Below are positions 9,790 through 21,578 of a DNA stretch of 64,000 nt, piece by piece. The position numbers and the translations under genes were made by a program. The number at the start of each line of letters is the position of its first letter. The first letter of the stretch is position 1. The stretch lies in the NCBI GenBank assembly GCA_046754105.1, contig JBHHVD010000001.1:48383-112382 (forward strand), written 5' to 3'. The DNA is from Candidatus Krumholzibacteriia bacterium. Lineage in GTDB: Bacteria > Krumholzibacteriota > Krumholzibacteriia > WVZY01. A model generated the notes under the pieces. The model worked only from the letters and a program-made list of their open reading frames with translations. It did no database searches and was not told the origin of the DNA.

Positions 9790-11310
9790 ATGGCTTTTCG
9801 ACCCGAAGAAGTAAGCTCGATCATCCAGACGGAACTGGAGAAGCACGAAACGACGCTCGAGACGGAGTCCGTCGGAACGATCCTCCAGATCGGCGACGGC
9901 ATCGTGCGTATCTGGGGACTGTGGGAGGCGATGGCGGGCGAGTTGATCGAGTTTCCCGGCGGCGTAATGGGCATGGTGCTAAACCTCGAAGAAGACAACG
10001 TGGGCGCCGTCCTCTTGGGGCCCGATACGGAGATCAAGGAAGGCGACACGGTCAAGCGAACGGGCAAGATCGTGCAGGTTCCCGTCGGTGACGGCCTGCT
10101 CGGAAGGGTCGTGAACTCGCTGGGGCAGCCTATCGACGGCAAGGGGCCCATCGTGGCCGACCAGTACCGTCCCGTGGAGACCATCGCCCCGAACGTCGTT
10201 CAGAGACAACCGGTGAAGGAGCCCCTCCATACGGGGCTAAAAGCCATCGACTCGATGATTCCCATCGGCCGGGGACAGCGGGAGCTGATCATCGGCGACC
10301 GGCAGACGGGAAAGACAGCCATCGCGATTGACACCATTATCAATCAAAAGGACACGGACGTATACTGTATCTACGTTGCAGTTGGCCAGAAGGAGTCGAC
10401 CGTCGCACGCGTCGTGAAAGTGCTCGAGGAGCACGGCGCGATGGATTATACGATCGTTGTCAGCGCGTCCTCCAGCGAGCCGGCGCCGCTGCAGTTCCTG
10501 GCGCCCTACGCGGGATGCTCGATGGGTGAGCACCTGCGCGACTCCGGCAAGCATTCGGTCGTGTTCTACGACGATCTCTCGAAACACGCGCAGGCCTATC
10601 GCCAGTTGTCACTGCTGCTGAGACGGCCCCCGGGACGCGAGGCGTACCCCGGCGATGTATTCTACGTGCACTCGCGGCTGCTCGAAAGGGCTGCCAAGCT
10701 CAGCGATGAGCTCGGTGCGGGATCGCTGACCGCGCTCCCCATCATCGAGACCCAGTTGGGTGACGTAACGGCGTATATTCCAACCAACGTCATCTCGATC
10801 ACGGACGGTCAGATCTTCCTGCAGGGCGACCTTTTCTATGCCGGTATCCGGCCGGCGATCAACGTCGGCATTTCAGTATCCAGGGTCGGCGGCAACGCCC
10901 AGACCAAGATGATGCGGCAGGTGGCCGGCCAGCTACGCCTCGACCTCGCCCAATACCGCGAACTGGTCGACTTCGCGCGTTTCGGTTCGGATCTCGATAA
11001 GTCCACCATCGCGCAGCTGACCCGGGGAGAGCGCATGGTCGAGATCTTGAAGCAGGACGAGTACGTGCCGCAACCCGTTCAAAAACAGGTCATGATCATT
11101 TTCGCCGCCAACCAGGGGCTACTCGACGATCTCGAACCCGAGTACCTGGCACGGTTCGAGAAGGAGTTCCTCGAGTTCATGGACGCGGATTACCCCGACG
11201 TGGTTCGCGACCTTGCCGGCGAACTCAAGATCAGCGAGAAGACCGGGGCGGAACTCACGGGAGCAGTGGAAAAGTTCAAGGCTCGATTTGTGGAGAGTAT
11301 CCAGTCCTGA
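9790..11310 (+). CDS. atpA: F0F1 ATP synthase subunit alpha
   Basis: [36 protein letters not shown]. Confidence 0.98.
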   Translation: MAFRPEEVSSIIQTELEKHETTLETESVGTILQIGDGIVRIWGLWEAMAGELIEFPGGVMGMVLNLEEDNVGAVLLGPDTEIKEGDTVKRTGKIVQVPVGDGLLGRVVNSLGQPIDGKGPIVADQYRPVETIAPNVVQRQPVKEPLHTGLKAIDSMIPIGRGQRELIIGDRQTGKTAIAIDTIINQKDTDVYCIYVAVGQKESTVARVVKVLEEHGAMDYTIVVSASSSEPAPLQFLAPYAGCSMGEHLRDSGKHSVVFYDDLSKHAQAYRQLSLLLRRPPGREAYPGDVFYVHSRLLERAAKLSDELGAGSLTALPIIETQLGDVTAYIPTNVISITDGQIFLQGDLFYAGIRPAINVGISVSRVGGNAQTKMMRQVAGQLRLDLAQYRELVDFARFGSDLDKSTIAQLTRGERMVEILKQDEYVPQPVQKQVMIIFAANQGLLDDLEPEYLARFEKEFLEFMDADYPDVVRDLAGELKISEKTGAELTGAVEKFKARFVESIQS

Positions 11311-11337
11311 TCCGGCGCGGAGAGCCGACAAAAAGCG

Positions 11338-12249
11338 ATGCCATCGTTACTGGACATAAAGGCCCGTATAAAGGCCGTCGAGAATATCAAGAAGATCACG
11401 CGGGCGATGCAGCTCGTCGCAGCCGCCAAGTTCAACCGCGCGCAGAATCGCGCTCGCTCGGCCCGCCCGTACAGTGACGAACTGGATACGGTTCTTGGAG
11501 CGCTGGCGGGCCTCTCCGAAGACGCGGCCGTTGATGAGACGCTCTCGCTGTCCTTCGTCGAGGAGCAGGCCCCGATCGTGGTCGACCGCGCCAGGTTGTT
11601 CCGGCAGGTAGAAGTCAAGTGCCCCGGCATAGTGCTCGTTACCGCCGACCGGGGGTTGTGCGGAGCGTTCAACACGCGCCTGATCCGGGCGGCGCTCGAC
11701 TTCGTCAAGCGACACTCCGACAAGGACTGCCGGCTGATCACGATCGGCCGCAAAGGCCACACGTATTTCAAAAAGAGGGATATCCCCATACTCCACCACG
11801 AGGAGCACGTCAGCGACCGGCTCGTACTCGATGAGATCCGGCGTATTACCTCCACGCTGATTCGCTTTTTCGTGGAGGGTAAGGTCGACGCACTCTACAT
11901 CATTTACTCGCAGTTCAAGACGGCGATGCGATCGGACGTGCGGACCGAAAAATTTCTCAGCATCCCCCCGGTGGAGGGAAAGAAGGAAGACGACGTCTAC
12001 ATTCTCGAACCCGGAGAGGAAGCGGTCTACGAGACACTGATACCGCTCTACGCCACGACCAAAATATTTGCGACCCTGGCGGATTCGTTTGCGTCCGAGT
12101 ATGGCGCGAGGATGTCGGCGATGGCGTCGGCAACCAGCAACGCAGAAGAAATGCTCGAGGAGCAGATCCTGCTCCGTAACCGGATGCGCCAGGCGATCAT
12201 CACGAAAGAACTGGCTGAAATCGTCGGAGGCGCTGCGTCCCAGGAATAG
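11338..12249 (+). CDS. atpG: F0F1 ATP synthase subunit gamma
   Basis: KITRAMQLVAAAK, DRGLCGAFN, RQAIITKELAEIVGGA. Confidence 0.97.
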   Translation: MPSLLDIKARIKAVENIKKITRAMQLVAAAKFNRAQNRARSARPYSDELDTVLGALAGLSEDAAVDETLSLSFVEEQAPIVVDRARLFRQVEVKCPGIVLVTADRGLCGAFNTRLIRAALDFVKRHSDKDCRLITIGRKGHTYFKKRDIPILHHEEHVSDRLVLDEIRRITSTLIRFFVEGKVDALYIIYSQFKTAMRSDVRTEKFLSIPPVEGKKEDDVYILEPGEEAVYETLIPLYATTKIFATLADSFASEYGARMSAMASATSNAEEMLEEQILLRNRMRQAIITKELAEIVGGAASQE

Positions 12250-12326
12250 GAAAAGACGCGGCAATAGGTCGCCGGCAGCGGGTGCCTCGCGCGCCAAACA
12301 ATCACAAGGCAGAAGGAGCGATGTAA

Positions 12327-13742
<1,416 letters not shown>

Positions 13743-13762
13743 CAACGGATGGAGAGTTTGCC

Positions 13763-14035
13763 TTGGCCGCTACCTTTCACTTCAAGATTCTAACCCCCAG
13801 CGACAATGTCCTGGCCGCGGACGTCGTGTCGATAGTCGCCCCCGGCGAAGCGGGTTACCTGGGGGTTCTGGCGAATCACGCTCCGTTGATCACGACACTC
13901 GTCCCCGGCACGTTGACCGTGAGCCGCGAGGGGATGGAAGACGTGTATTACCGAGTCGGGGGCGGGATCCTGCGCGTGGCCCGCAACTCCGCTGTCTTGC
14001 TGAGCGAAAGTGTTGAAGAAGCAGGAAGCGACTAA
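13763..14035 (+). CDS. atpC: F0F1 ATP synthase subunit epsilon (N-terminal beta domain only)
   Basis: PGEAGYLGVLANHAPLIT, VGGGIL; 90 aa. Confidence 0.92.
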   Translation: MAATFHFKILTPSDNVLAADVVSIVAPGEAGYLGVLANHAPLITTLVPGTLTVSREGMEDVYYRVGGGILRVARNSAVLLSESVEEAGSD

Positions 14036-15795
14036 TGCTCGTCGGCGCCTCCGGCGGGTTCGGCGGCGGCGGCCGTCTCCCCGTCTTCGGGTGTCCGGTC
14101 GGCTTTGGTGGTTCCATGAAGAAACTGTTCTTCCGTGTCCACCGGTAGCGCGACGGTGAAAGTGCTTCCCTCGCCGTACTCGCTCTCGACCGACAACCTG
14201 CCTTTGTGCAGCTCGACGATGTGCTTGGCGAGGGCCAACCCGATACCCATCCCCCCCCATTTTCGCGAGCTCGAACCATCCAGCTGCTGAAAGGTCTCGA
14301 AGATCGTACTGAGCTTGTCGGTGCGGATACCGGGCCCGGTATCCTTTACCGACATGTAAATCTCACCCCTCCGTGACCCCGTGCGTACCGTTACCGATCC
14401 CCCGTGGTCGGTGAATTTCACCGCATTCTGAATGAGGCACGTAACAACCTGCAGCAGCTGGGTGTTGTCCAGATACATCACGGGCAAGTTGCCCCCCGGT
14501 TTCAACGTCAGCCGGACGCCTTTATCCTTCGCTCTTCTCTCCAACTGCGGCCACACGGACCTGATAACGTCGTGGATATGTGAGAGAGACATGGTCAGTC
14601 TGCGGGCGGATATCTCCAGTTTCGAAAGATCCAGGAGGTTGTTGATCAACATTAACAGCTGCTCACCGTTCTCCTCGATGACTTCGAGGAAGGTGTCGCG
14701 GTTCTTGGCCGACAGATCCGGATCCTTCAACGATTCCGTGTAGGCGATGATGATGCTCAACGGTGTTCGCAACTCGTGGCTGATGTTGGCAAGAAACTCG
14801 CTCTTCATCCGATCGACCTGCGTTAACTTGCGGTTGACCTCCTGCAGATTCTTGTTTTGATGAATAATTTGCTGCTCGAGCATACGACGTTGTGACACGT
14901 TGTGCGCGATCATCTGGATAAACAGGTCATCCTTGAACTTGATGAGGTTTGCGTTTATGTCCACGTAGATGACCGCCCCGTCTCGACCGATCATCCGGCG
15001 GTCCAGAAACGCCCTTTCCTTCTCGCTCAGAACGTTTATGAAATCGCGGCGCGCCAGGTACTGGTCCTCTTGCGCGAAGAGATCGAAATACGACCTGTCG
15101 AGCAGTTCCCTTTTGGTATACCCGAGCACGCTCTGGCATTTGCGGTTGACTTCGATGAGCCGTCCCGTGTTTCGATCGACGGTCATGATGATGTCGTTGG
15201 CCGTCTCCAGCAGAACCTTGTAGCGCCGGCTCAGCTCCTGCGCCTCGAGCCGGAGGAGCGTATGCTCGATGGCCAGGCTGGCGAAACTCGCGCAGTTCTG
15301 GAGCACCTCCAGGTCGTTGTCGCTGAAGGCATAGGGCCGGTAGCTGCCGACGTTCAAAGTGCCGATGAGCTCGCCCCTCAACGTCAAGGGCACGACCATA
15401 TCGCTGCGCAGCGGCTCCTCGGTCACTACTTCCTCGAACTGACCGTGATCCCGAATGTCCAGGCGCACGAAGGGCTGGTTGTGAATCGCGACCCACCCAA
15501 TGACTGAATCCTTGTTTATGGGTATCTCGCGCCCGTCTCCGAATTTTTCCTCTTTATCGGAGCCCTTATGGATACTGCGGAGGATGAGCGCGTCCTTGCC
15601 CGGTGTCAAAAAGGCAACGCTCGACCGATCGAAGTCGATTACACGCCCGACTTCGCGCGTGATAGAGGACAGAATCTGCTCGAGGTCGTTCGCCTCGATC
15701 ATCGTGTTGGCAATCCTCACGAAGGCGAGGAGTTGCTCGTTGAGGTTCGTAAGGGGGAATCGTATTTCCTTGTTACTCGTCGTGTCGTGCGGCAT
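14032..15795 (-). CDS. Cytoplasmic GAF-PAS sensor histidine kinase
   Basis: GAF (VPLTLRGELIGTLNV), PAS, H-box SHELRTPL, NAVKFT, DTGPGI, GGMGIGL; no TM. Confidence 0.93.
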   Translation of the reverse strand: MPHDTTSNKEIRFPLTNLNEQLLAFVRIANTMIEANDLEQILSSITREVGRVIDFDRSSVAFLTPGKDALILRSIHKGSDKEEKFGDGREIPINKDSVIGWVAIHNQPFVRLDIRDHGQFEEVVTEEPLRSDMVVPLTLRGELIGTLNVGSYRPYAFSDNDLEVLQNCASFASLAIEHTLLRLEAQELSRRYKVLLETANDIIMTVDRNTGRLIEVNRKCQSVLGYTKRELLDRSYFDLFAQEDQYLARRDFINVLSEKERAFLDRRMIGRDGAVIYVDINANLIKFKDDLFIQMIAHNVSQRRMLEQQIIHQNKNLQEVNRKLTQVDRMKSEFLANISHELRTPLSIIIAYTESLKDPDLSAKNRDTFLEVIEENGEQLLMLINNLLDLSKLEISARRLTMSLSHIHDVIRSVWPQLERRAKDKGVRLTLKPGGNLPVMYLDNTQLLQVVTCLIQNAVKFTDHGGSVTVRTGSRRGEIYMSVKDTGPGIRTDKLSTIFETFQQLDGSSSRKWGGMGIGLALAKHIVELHKGRLSVESEYGEGSTFTVALPVDTEEQFLHGTTKADRTPEDGETAAAAEPAGGADEH

Positions 15796-15956
15796 CGGTT
15801 ACCTTTGCATGACTCCTGAGCTATTTTGCACAGCAAACCGGGCGTAGTGGTTTGCAAGCCCCTTATTGGCAACGTGTTACTAAACCACCCCAACGGAACA
15901 GCAGGAAGCGTTCCAATTTGAAACCAACCACTTATTCCGCTAGAATACGTTGACTT

Positions 15957-17903
15957 ATGGGAAAGTCAGAGCGCAAAAAGAAGCGCCGCAGCGGCCGTGT
16001 TGCCGCGTCTCCACGGCCGGACGCCTCTCAGAGGCTGCGGGCAAGACAGCCGTTCCACCGGGGCGAAATACGAGTACTGGCGATTTTGTTCGTCGCGGCG
16101 CTGGTGCTCCGCCTCGCGTATTTTTTCGTCAACCGTCACGGCAACCCCCTCTTCTACTACCCAATCCTCGACTCTCTCTTTCATCACCAGTGGGCGGGGA
16201 AGATTTTGTCCGGGGATTTCTGGGGCCAGGAGGTGTTTTTTCGCGCGCCGCTCTACCCGTACACACTCGCACTCCTCTACAAGCTGAGCGGCTCCAGTAT
16301 CGCCTTCGCCGTGCTGTGCCAGCACGTGACCGGCGCGCTGAGCGTCGTTCTCGTCTACCTGCTGTCGCGGGAGTTCTTCACGGCCCGCGTGGCTGTCTTG
16401 TCGGGTTCGCTGGCCGCGCTCTACTGGCCGCTGGTCTATTTCGAGGGGAGCCTGCTCATCGTCACGATGATCGTGTTTCTCGACCTGCTTGCACTGCTGC
16501 TGCTCCAAATGTCCATACGCCGACCGCGCTTCGGGTTACTCCTGGCGGCCGGAGCGGTGTTCGGCCTGTCGGCCGTGGCGCGTCCGAGTATTCTGATTGT
16601 CGCTCCGTTGATTCCGCTGGTGCTCTATCTCACACGGCGCTCCGCCGCGCATGCCGCGGAAGCAGCCAACCAGCCGTGGCGAAGGCGAAGCGCCGTCGTG
16701 CTCGCAGGGATAGTGGCCGTCGTAACACCCGTCCTCGTAAGAAACTACGTCGTCGGCCGCGACGTGGTGCCGATCGCTTCCCAAGGGGGAGTGAACTTTT
16801 TTATCGGCAACAACCCGCTGTCCAACGGCAGCCAGGCGGTCGTACCTGGGGCGAGGGCCGACCTGTACGGGACGTTTCACGGTGCGATCGAACTCGCCGA
16901 GCGTGATGTCGGCCGGCGGATGAAGCCGTCCGAGGTCTCCAATTATTACTTCAAGAAGGGTTTTGGTTTTGTCTTTGGATCACCGGTCGAATCCGCATCA
17001 CTTGCCTTCAAGAAGCTCTATTTTTTCTGGGCCGGTGTGGAGCGGTCCAACAACCAGTATGTCCAGTTCTTCTGGCGCCGATTCGGCCTGGGTAAGTTGC
17101 CGCTGCCCGGGTTCTGGCTGATCGGACCACTGGCGCTGATGGGGGGCGTGGTGTTGTGGCGGCAGCGGCGGGAACTGTCATTGCTCTATCTCTTTGTCAT
17201 CAGTTATATGGTCGGTGTCGTGGCGTTCTTCGTCAACGCCCGTTTCCGGCTACCGGTCGCGCCGGTCCTGATGATTTTTGCCGCATATGCGATGTGCTAC
17301 CTGTTCCACGCGTTTCGTTACGACCGTGGGACGCTATGGAAATCGATCGGGGTTCTCGTGGCGTGCGGCCTCTTTGTGAATTATGACTACGTGGCCTTCC
17401 GAGGGGTTCGCGCTCTGGATGAAGCGGTATCCTGGTACGAACTGGGCACCGCCTACCTCAAGATGGACAAGGACAACTCCGCCCTGGGGGCGTTCGAAAA
17501 GGCCCGCGGCGTCCAGGAAAAATATCCGACCCGCGGATACGGCCAGATATCAGACATCGTCGACTACAACCTCGGTGTCCTGTACTGGGAAAAGGGTCTC
17601 TATTCGAGGGCCATACCGGCCCTCGAGCGCATCCAAAATGAGGAGGCGGCCGCGCGCAGCACGCGGCACATCCTCGCCGACAGCTATCTGAACACGGGAC
17701 GTTTGCAGGAGGCGCAAGCCACGTACTTGCGAATACTGAGCACGACCCCGGACGACCGGCAGGGGCTCGTCGGGATGGCGAGGGTGTACAAGAAGCTCGG
17801 CGAGCCGGGCAAGACCGACGAGATCGTTCGCAGGCTGCGATCGCTCTATCCGGGTGACCGCGGGCTTGCCAAGGAGTTGCAGGAGTTGGAGAGCGGCCGG
17901 TAG
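15957..17903 (+). CDS. GT-C (GT39/PMT-ArnT-like) membrane glycosyltransferase with C-terminal TPRs
   Basis: Loop motif D..HHQWA...FRAPLYPY, multiple TMs, GGVNFFIGNN, RFRLP, TPRs. Confidence 0.8.
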   Translation: MGKSERKKKRRSGRVAASPRPDASQRLRARQPFHRGEIRVLAILFVAALVLRLAYFFVNRHGNPLFYYPILDSLFHHQWAGKILSGDFWGQEVFFRAPLYPYTLALLYKLSGSSIAFAVLCQHVTGALSVVLVYLLSREFFTARVAVLSGSLAALYWPLVYFEGSLLIVTMIVFLDLLALLLLQMSIRRPRFGLLLAAGAVFGLSAVARPSILIVAPLIPLVLYLTRRSAAHAAEAANQPWRRRSAVVLAGIVAVVTPVLVRNYVVGRDVVPIASQGGVNFFIGNNPLSNGSQAVVPGARADLYGTFHGAIELAERDVGRRMKPSEVSNYYFKKGFGFVFGSPVESASLAFKKLYFFWAGVERSNNQYVQFFWRRFGLGKLPLPGFWLIGPLALMGGVVLWRQRRELSLLYLFVISYMVGVVAFFVNARFRLPVAPVLMIFAAYAMCYLFHAFRYDRGTLWKSIGVLVACGLFVNYDYVAFRGVRALDEAVSWYELGTAYLKMDKDNSALGAFEKARGVQEKYPTRGYGQISDIVDYNLGVLYWEKGLYSRAIPALERIQNEEAAARSTRHILADSYLNTGRLQEAQATYLRILSTTPDDRQGLVGMARVYKKLGEPGKTDEIVRRLRSLYPGDRGLAKELQELESGR

Positions 17904-17920
17904 CGGCGGGAGACCCGACG

Positions 17921-19864
17921 GTGGCAAAACGATCCAGAAAAAGGAAGCAGGCCGCACGGGCGGCCGCAGCGGCGCCGTTCGACGGGCTCGATCCGCCGGC
18001 CGGCTTCGGCCGCGCCGACGGCCGGAACGTCGCCATCGTCGCGGGGCTGGCGCTTGCGGTACGCCTTGTTTTCTTCTTTCTCAGCCGGGCAAACAATCCT
18101 CTCTTCTTCAACCCGATCATGGACGGGCTTTACCATCACCAGTGGGCCACGGATATTCTGGGCGGGAATTTCCGGGGCACGGAGGTTTTTTTCCGCGCGC
18201 CGCTCTACCCCTATTTTCTGGCTCTGCTCTACAAGGTTTCCGGTTCGAGTATCGCGTTTGCGCTGTTGTGCCAGCATCTGATCGGCACCGGCACGGCGGT
18301 GCTCGCCTACCTGCTTTCCCGCCGGTTTTTCACCCGCAATATCTCGCTGCTCGCCGGCGCCACCGCGGCGCTCTACTGGCCGTTTCTCTATTTCGAAGGC
18401 GACCTGCTGATCGTCACCCTCGTCATGTTTCTCAACATGCTCGCGCTCCTGCTCCTGACCGGACGGCCCGGCGGTGCTGCCGTGCCCGTCATCGCCGGTC
18501 TCGTGCTGGGGCTGTCCGCCATCGCGCGTCCGAGCGTGCTGGTTTTTCTGCCCGTCGTGCCGCTCGCGATTCATCTGGGGGGGCGCAACGGGGGAGCCGC
18601 GGCGTCACATCGCTGGCTGCGGCGGAGCCTGCTCGTGTACGCGGGAGCTGCCATCGTAATCACGCCGGTACTGATCCGAAACTACGTCGTCGGGCGGGAT
18701 TTCGTCCCCATTGCCTCCCAGGGAGGCGTGAATTTCTATATCGGCAACAATCCCGGCTCCGACGGCGCCACCGCCATCGTCCCGGGAACGAGATGGGACT
18801 GGTGGGGAGGCTACGAGGACGCGATCCGCCTCGCCGAGAAGGACCGGGGGAGACCCCTGAAACCATCGCAGGTATCCAACTACTATTTCCGAAAGGGATT
18901 CGGCTTCATCCTCTCCTCACCGGGGAAGTCGCTGCCGCTGCTCGCGAAGAAATTCTACATGTTCTGGGCCGGAGGCGAGCGATCCAACAACAAGTCGGTT
19001 TATTTCTTCTGGCATCAATCGGGAATGGGAAAAGTGCCGCTGCCGGGGTTCTGGCTCGTCGCGCCCCTGGGCATCCTGGGCGGAATCCTCTTGTGGGGAA
19101 AGCGGCCCGGTTTGTGGATGCTCCATCTGTTTGTTATCAGTTATATGCTGGGCGTCGTTGCGTTTTTCGTCAACGCGAGGTTCCGGCTGCCGGTCGTGCC
19201 GGTGTTGATCGTTTTCGCAGCCTACGCGGCCTCGTACCTGTGGCACACCGTCCGCGCGGGCGGCGCTGCGGGCGTAAAAGGGGCAATCCTGCTCGTGCTT
19301 TGTTTCCTCGCCGTCGATCTCGAATTTACCCGCTTTCGCGAAAACAAGGTGCATGCCCTGTCGATTCCCCACTACACGCTCGGTAACGCGTACCTGAAGA
19401 TGGACGACCCGCGAAACGCCATTCGTGAGTACGAGGAAGCGCTGCGGACATATCGCGCGTACCGACTGCCGGGTTTCGAGCTCATCTCGCGCAACGTCAT
19501 CTACAATCTCGGACGGCTCTACTGGTCGCAGGGAAACTGCGCGCGCGCCATCGATTACCTGGAACGCGTGGGGGGCGACGATCGCTTCACCGCGATGGCC
19601 AACGTCTGTCTCGCCGACTGCTACGTACAGGTGAGCCGCTTCCGGGACGCGATCCGTCTCTACGGGCAGATCCTCACGGCCGCCCCGCAAACGGCGGGAG
19701 CCCGCACGGGTCTGGTAAGCGCGCTGCTGGGCCAGGCCAGGGTCCACCGTCGCGCGGGGAGCACGCAAAAGGCGCTCGAGTATTACAGCCGGGCCAGGGA
19801 GGTCGATCCCGGCAACTCCTCGATAGAGAGTGAAATCCGGTCATTGGAATCGGACGGCCAATGA
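17921..19864 (+). CDS. GT-C (GT39/PMT-ArnT-like) membrane glycosyltransferase with C-terminal TPRs; tandem paralog
   Basis: Collinear with 15957..17903 (EVFFRAPLYPY, RNYVVGRD, PIASQGGVNF, VVAFFVNARFRLPV). Confidence 0.8.
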   Translation: MAKRSRKRKQAARAAAAAPFDGLDPPAGFGRADGRNVAIVAGLALAVRLVFFFLSRANNPLFFNPIMDGLYHHQWATDILGGNFRGTEVFFRAPLYPYFLALLYKVSGSSIAFALLCQHLIGTGTAVLAYLLSRRFFTRNISLLAGATAALYWPFLYFEGDLLIVTLVMFLNMLALLLLTGRPGGAAVPVIAGLVLGLSAIARPSVLVFLPVVPLAIHLGGRNGGAAASHRWLRRSLLVYAGAAIVITPVLIRNYVVGRDFVPIASQGGVNFYIGNNPGSDGATAIVPGTRWDWWGGYEDAIRLAEKDRGRPLKPSQVSNYYFRKGFGFILSSPGKSLPLLAKKFYMFWAGGERSNNKSVYFFWHQSGMGKVPLPGFWLVAPLGILGGILLWGKRPGLWMLHLFVISYMLGVVAFFVNARFRLPVVPVLIVFAAYAASYLWHTVRAGGAAGVKGAILLVLCFLAVDLEFTRFRENKVHALSIPHYTLGNAYLKMDDPRNAIREYEEALRTYRAYRLPGFELISRNVIYNLGRLYWSQGNCARAIDYLERVGGDDRFTAMANVCLADCYVQVSRFRDAIRLYGQILTAAPQTAGARTGLVSALLGQARVHRRAGSTQKALEYYSRAREVDPGNSSIESEIRSLESDGQ

Positions 19865-20811
19865 GACCCCGGGCAGACGCGCCGCGTATCGCCGTCATCG
19901 AGATTGGCACCAACTCAACCAAACTCGTGGTGGCGCAGGAGACGGGCGGAGGTAGTTTTCGCGTCCTCCACTTTTCGAGACGAACCACGCGCATCGGGCG
20001 CGGACTGGGCCGGGGTGGAAAGCTCTCAGCCCGCGCCGTCGAGGACACCGCCCGCGCCATTGGCAAGTTCCAGAAACACGTTACGACTTGCAAGCACCGT
20101 TTTGCATTCGGCACCTACGCGCTGCGCAAGGCGCGGTTGACAGCACGTGCCACTCGCCGCCTGCGGGGCGCCCTCGGATGTCCCCTGAAGATTCTCACCG
20201 GACGGGAAGAGGCCCACCTTGCGTTCCGGAGCGCGCGGCACGGGTTGCGTTTATCGAAACCGGCGGCCGTGCTGGTCGACGTCGGCGGTGGTTCGACGGA
20301 AGTGGTCCTCGCCGTGAGTGGCCGGGTCGTGTGCACGCGCTCCCTTCCACTCGGCGCCCTTCATCTGACCGAGCGCTTTCTGGCGAGCGATCCGGTCGCG
20401 CCGAACGAGTTTTCCGCGATGGAAAGACACATCCGCTCCAGAGTCGAATCGGCATTCCGCAGCATGGCCGTCGATCGCTGCCCTCCCGGCGGGCTGGAGA
20501 TGGTCGCGTCGGGCGGAGCCGTGACGACGGCCGCCGGGCTTACCGGCGGCGATCCTTTCCGTGCGGGAACGACCGTGCGCGTGGGTGACGTGTCCACGTT
20601 GCTGCGGCGTCTGCTGGCGATGTCGGTCGCAGCACGGAGACAACTCCCGGGTCTCGAACCGGACCGGGCCGATATAATACCCGCCGGTCTCGCCCTGATC
20701 CGCGAGTTTTTGCGTGGCACGGGCAAACGCGTGCTGCGGATAGACCCGGGCGGCGTGAGGGAAGGGGCGGTGCTACACCTCATCGAAAATGGTTTTCGAT
20801 GGCAGGCATGA
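19861..20811 (+). CDS. Ppx/GppA-family exopolyphosphatase (short form, no HD domain)
   Basis: AVIEIGTNSTKL, LTGREEA, VDVGGGSTE, RADIIPAG, GVREG. Confidence 0.88.
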   Translation: MRPRADAPRIAVIEIGTNSTKLVVAQETGGGSFRVLHFSRRTTRIGRGLGRGGKLSARAVEDTARAIGKFQKHVTTCKHRFAFGTYALRKARLTARATRRLRGALGCPLKILTGREEAHLAFRSARHGLRLSKPAAVLVDVGGGSTEVVLAVSGRVVCTRSLPLGALHLTERFLASDPVAPNEFSAMERHIRSRVESAFRSMAVDRCPPGGLEMVASGGAVTTAAGLTGGDPFRAGTTVRVGDVSTLLRRLLAMSVAARRQLPGLEPDRADIIPAGLALIREFLRGTGKRVLRIDPGGVREGAVLHLIENGFRWQA

Positions 20812-21499
20812 AGCCCCGCCAGGGCTGCGACCGCGGCGGGGCGGCCGCTAATCGAACCTGCATGTCGCGGGTGGGGTGCTGGACGGTGAGGACGGCGGCA
20901 TGGAGTGCGATGGACCGCCCGGGAATCGGCTCGCGGGCGCCGTACTTGAGGTCCCCCGCGACCGGATGTCCCATGTCGGCCAGTTGCAGGCGGATCTGGT
21001 GATGACGCCCCGTGCCGGGTGTGACCTCGAGCAGGGTGTGGTCGCGCTTCCGCTCGAGCACCCGGTAGGAGAGAACGGACGGTTTGGCGTCGGCACCCGG
21101 CCCGGACTCGATACGTGACTTCAAGTGGGTCCTCTTGATGAACGCTTCGAGTCGTCCCTCGTTCGCCGCCACGCGGCCGACCACGACCGCAAGATACGTT
21201 TTTTCAACCCGCCGCATTTGAAACTCGCGGGTCAGGCGCGACGCTGCTTTCGACGTACGGGCGAAAAGAACGACCCCGGACACCGGCCGGTCGATCCGGT
21301 GCACCAGCCCCAGGAACACGTTACCCGGCTTGTCATACTTCTGCTTGAGGTATGCCCTCCCCGCTTCGAGCAGGGTAGGGTCCCCCGTCCTGTCCCCCTG
21401 GACCAGGACCCCGGCCGGCTTTTCCACACCGAGCAGGTGGTTGTCCTCGTAAAGCACCCGGAGGCGTACGGGGCTTTTTCTATCTTCGGATTGGGCCAT
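20780..21499 (-). CDS. RluA-family pseudouridine synthase
   Basis: LYEDNHLLGVEKPAG, VHRIDRPVSG, TGRHHQIR, GHPVAGDLKYG. Confidence 0.93.
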   Translation of the reverse strand: MAQSEDRKSPVRLRVLYEDNHLLGVEKPAGVLVQGDRTGDPTLLEAGRAYLKQKYDKPGNVFLGLVHRIDRPVSGVVLFARTSKAASRLTREFQMRRVEKTYLAVVVGRVAANEGRLEAFIKRTHLKSRIESGPGADAKPSVLSYRVLERKRDHTLLEVTPGTGRHHQIRLQLADMGHPVAGDLKYGAREPIPGRSIALHAAVLTVQHPTRDMQVRLAAAPPRSQPWRGFMPAIENHFR

Positions 21500-21527
21500 T
21501 GACAGTCCCGGGGTTGCAGGCTATACT
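21499..21527 (+). promoter_or_regulatory. sigma70 promoter of the arsR-P1B ATPase operon
   Basis: TTGACA (21499-21504), 17 bp, TATACT (21522-21527). Confidence 0.85.
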
Positions 21528-21533
21528 AACGAT

Positions 21534-21547
21534 TGAACAGCTGTTCA
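21534..21547. promoter_or_regulatory. ArsR/SmtB operator
   Basis: Perfect palindrome TGAACAG-CTGTTCA at the predicted +1; matches the SmtB/ZiaR/CadC-type TGAA-N6-TTCA core. Confidence 0.85.
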
Positions 21548-21578
21548 TATGTTAAACTGTTCTCCACAGGGACAATCG

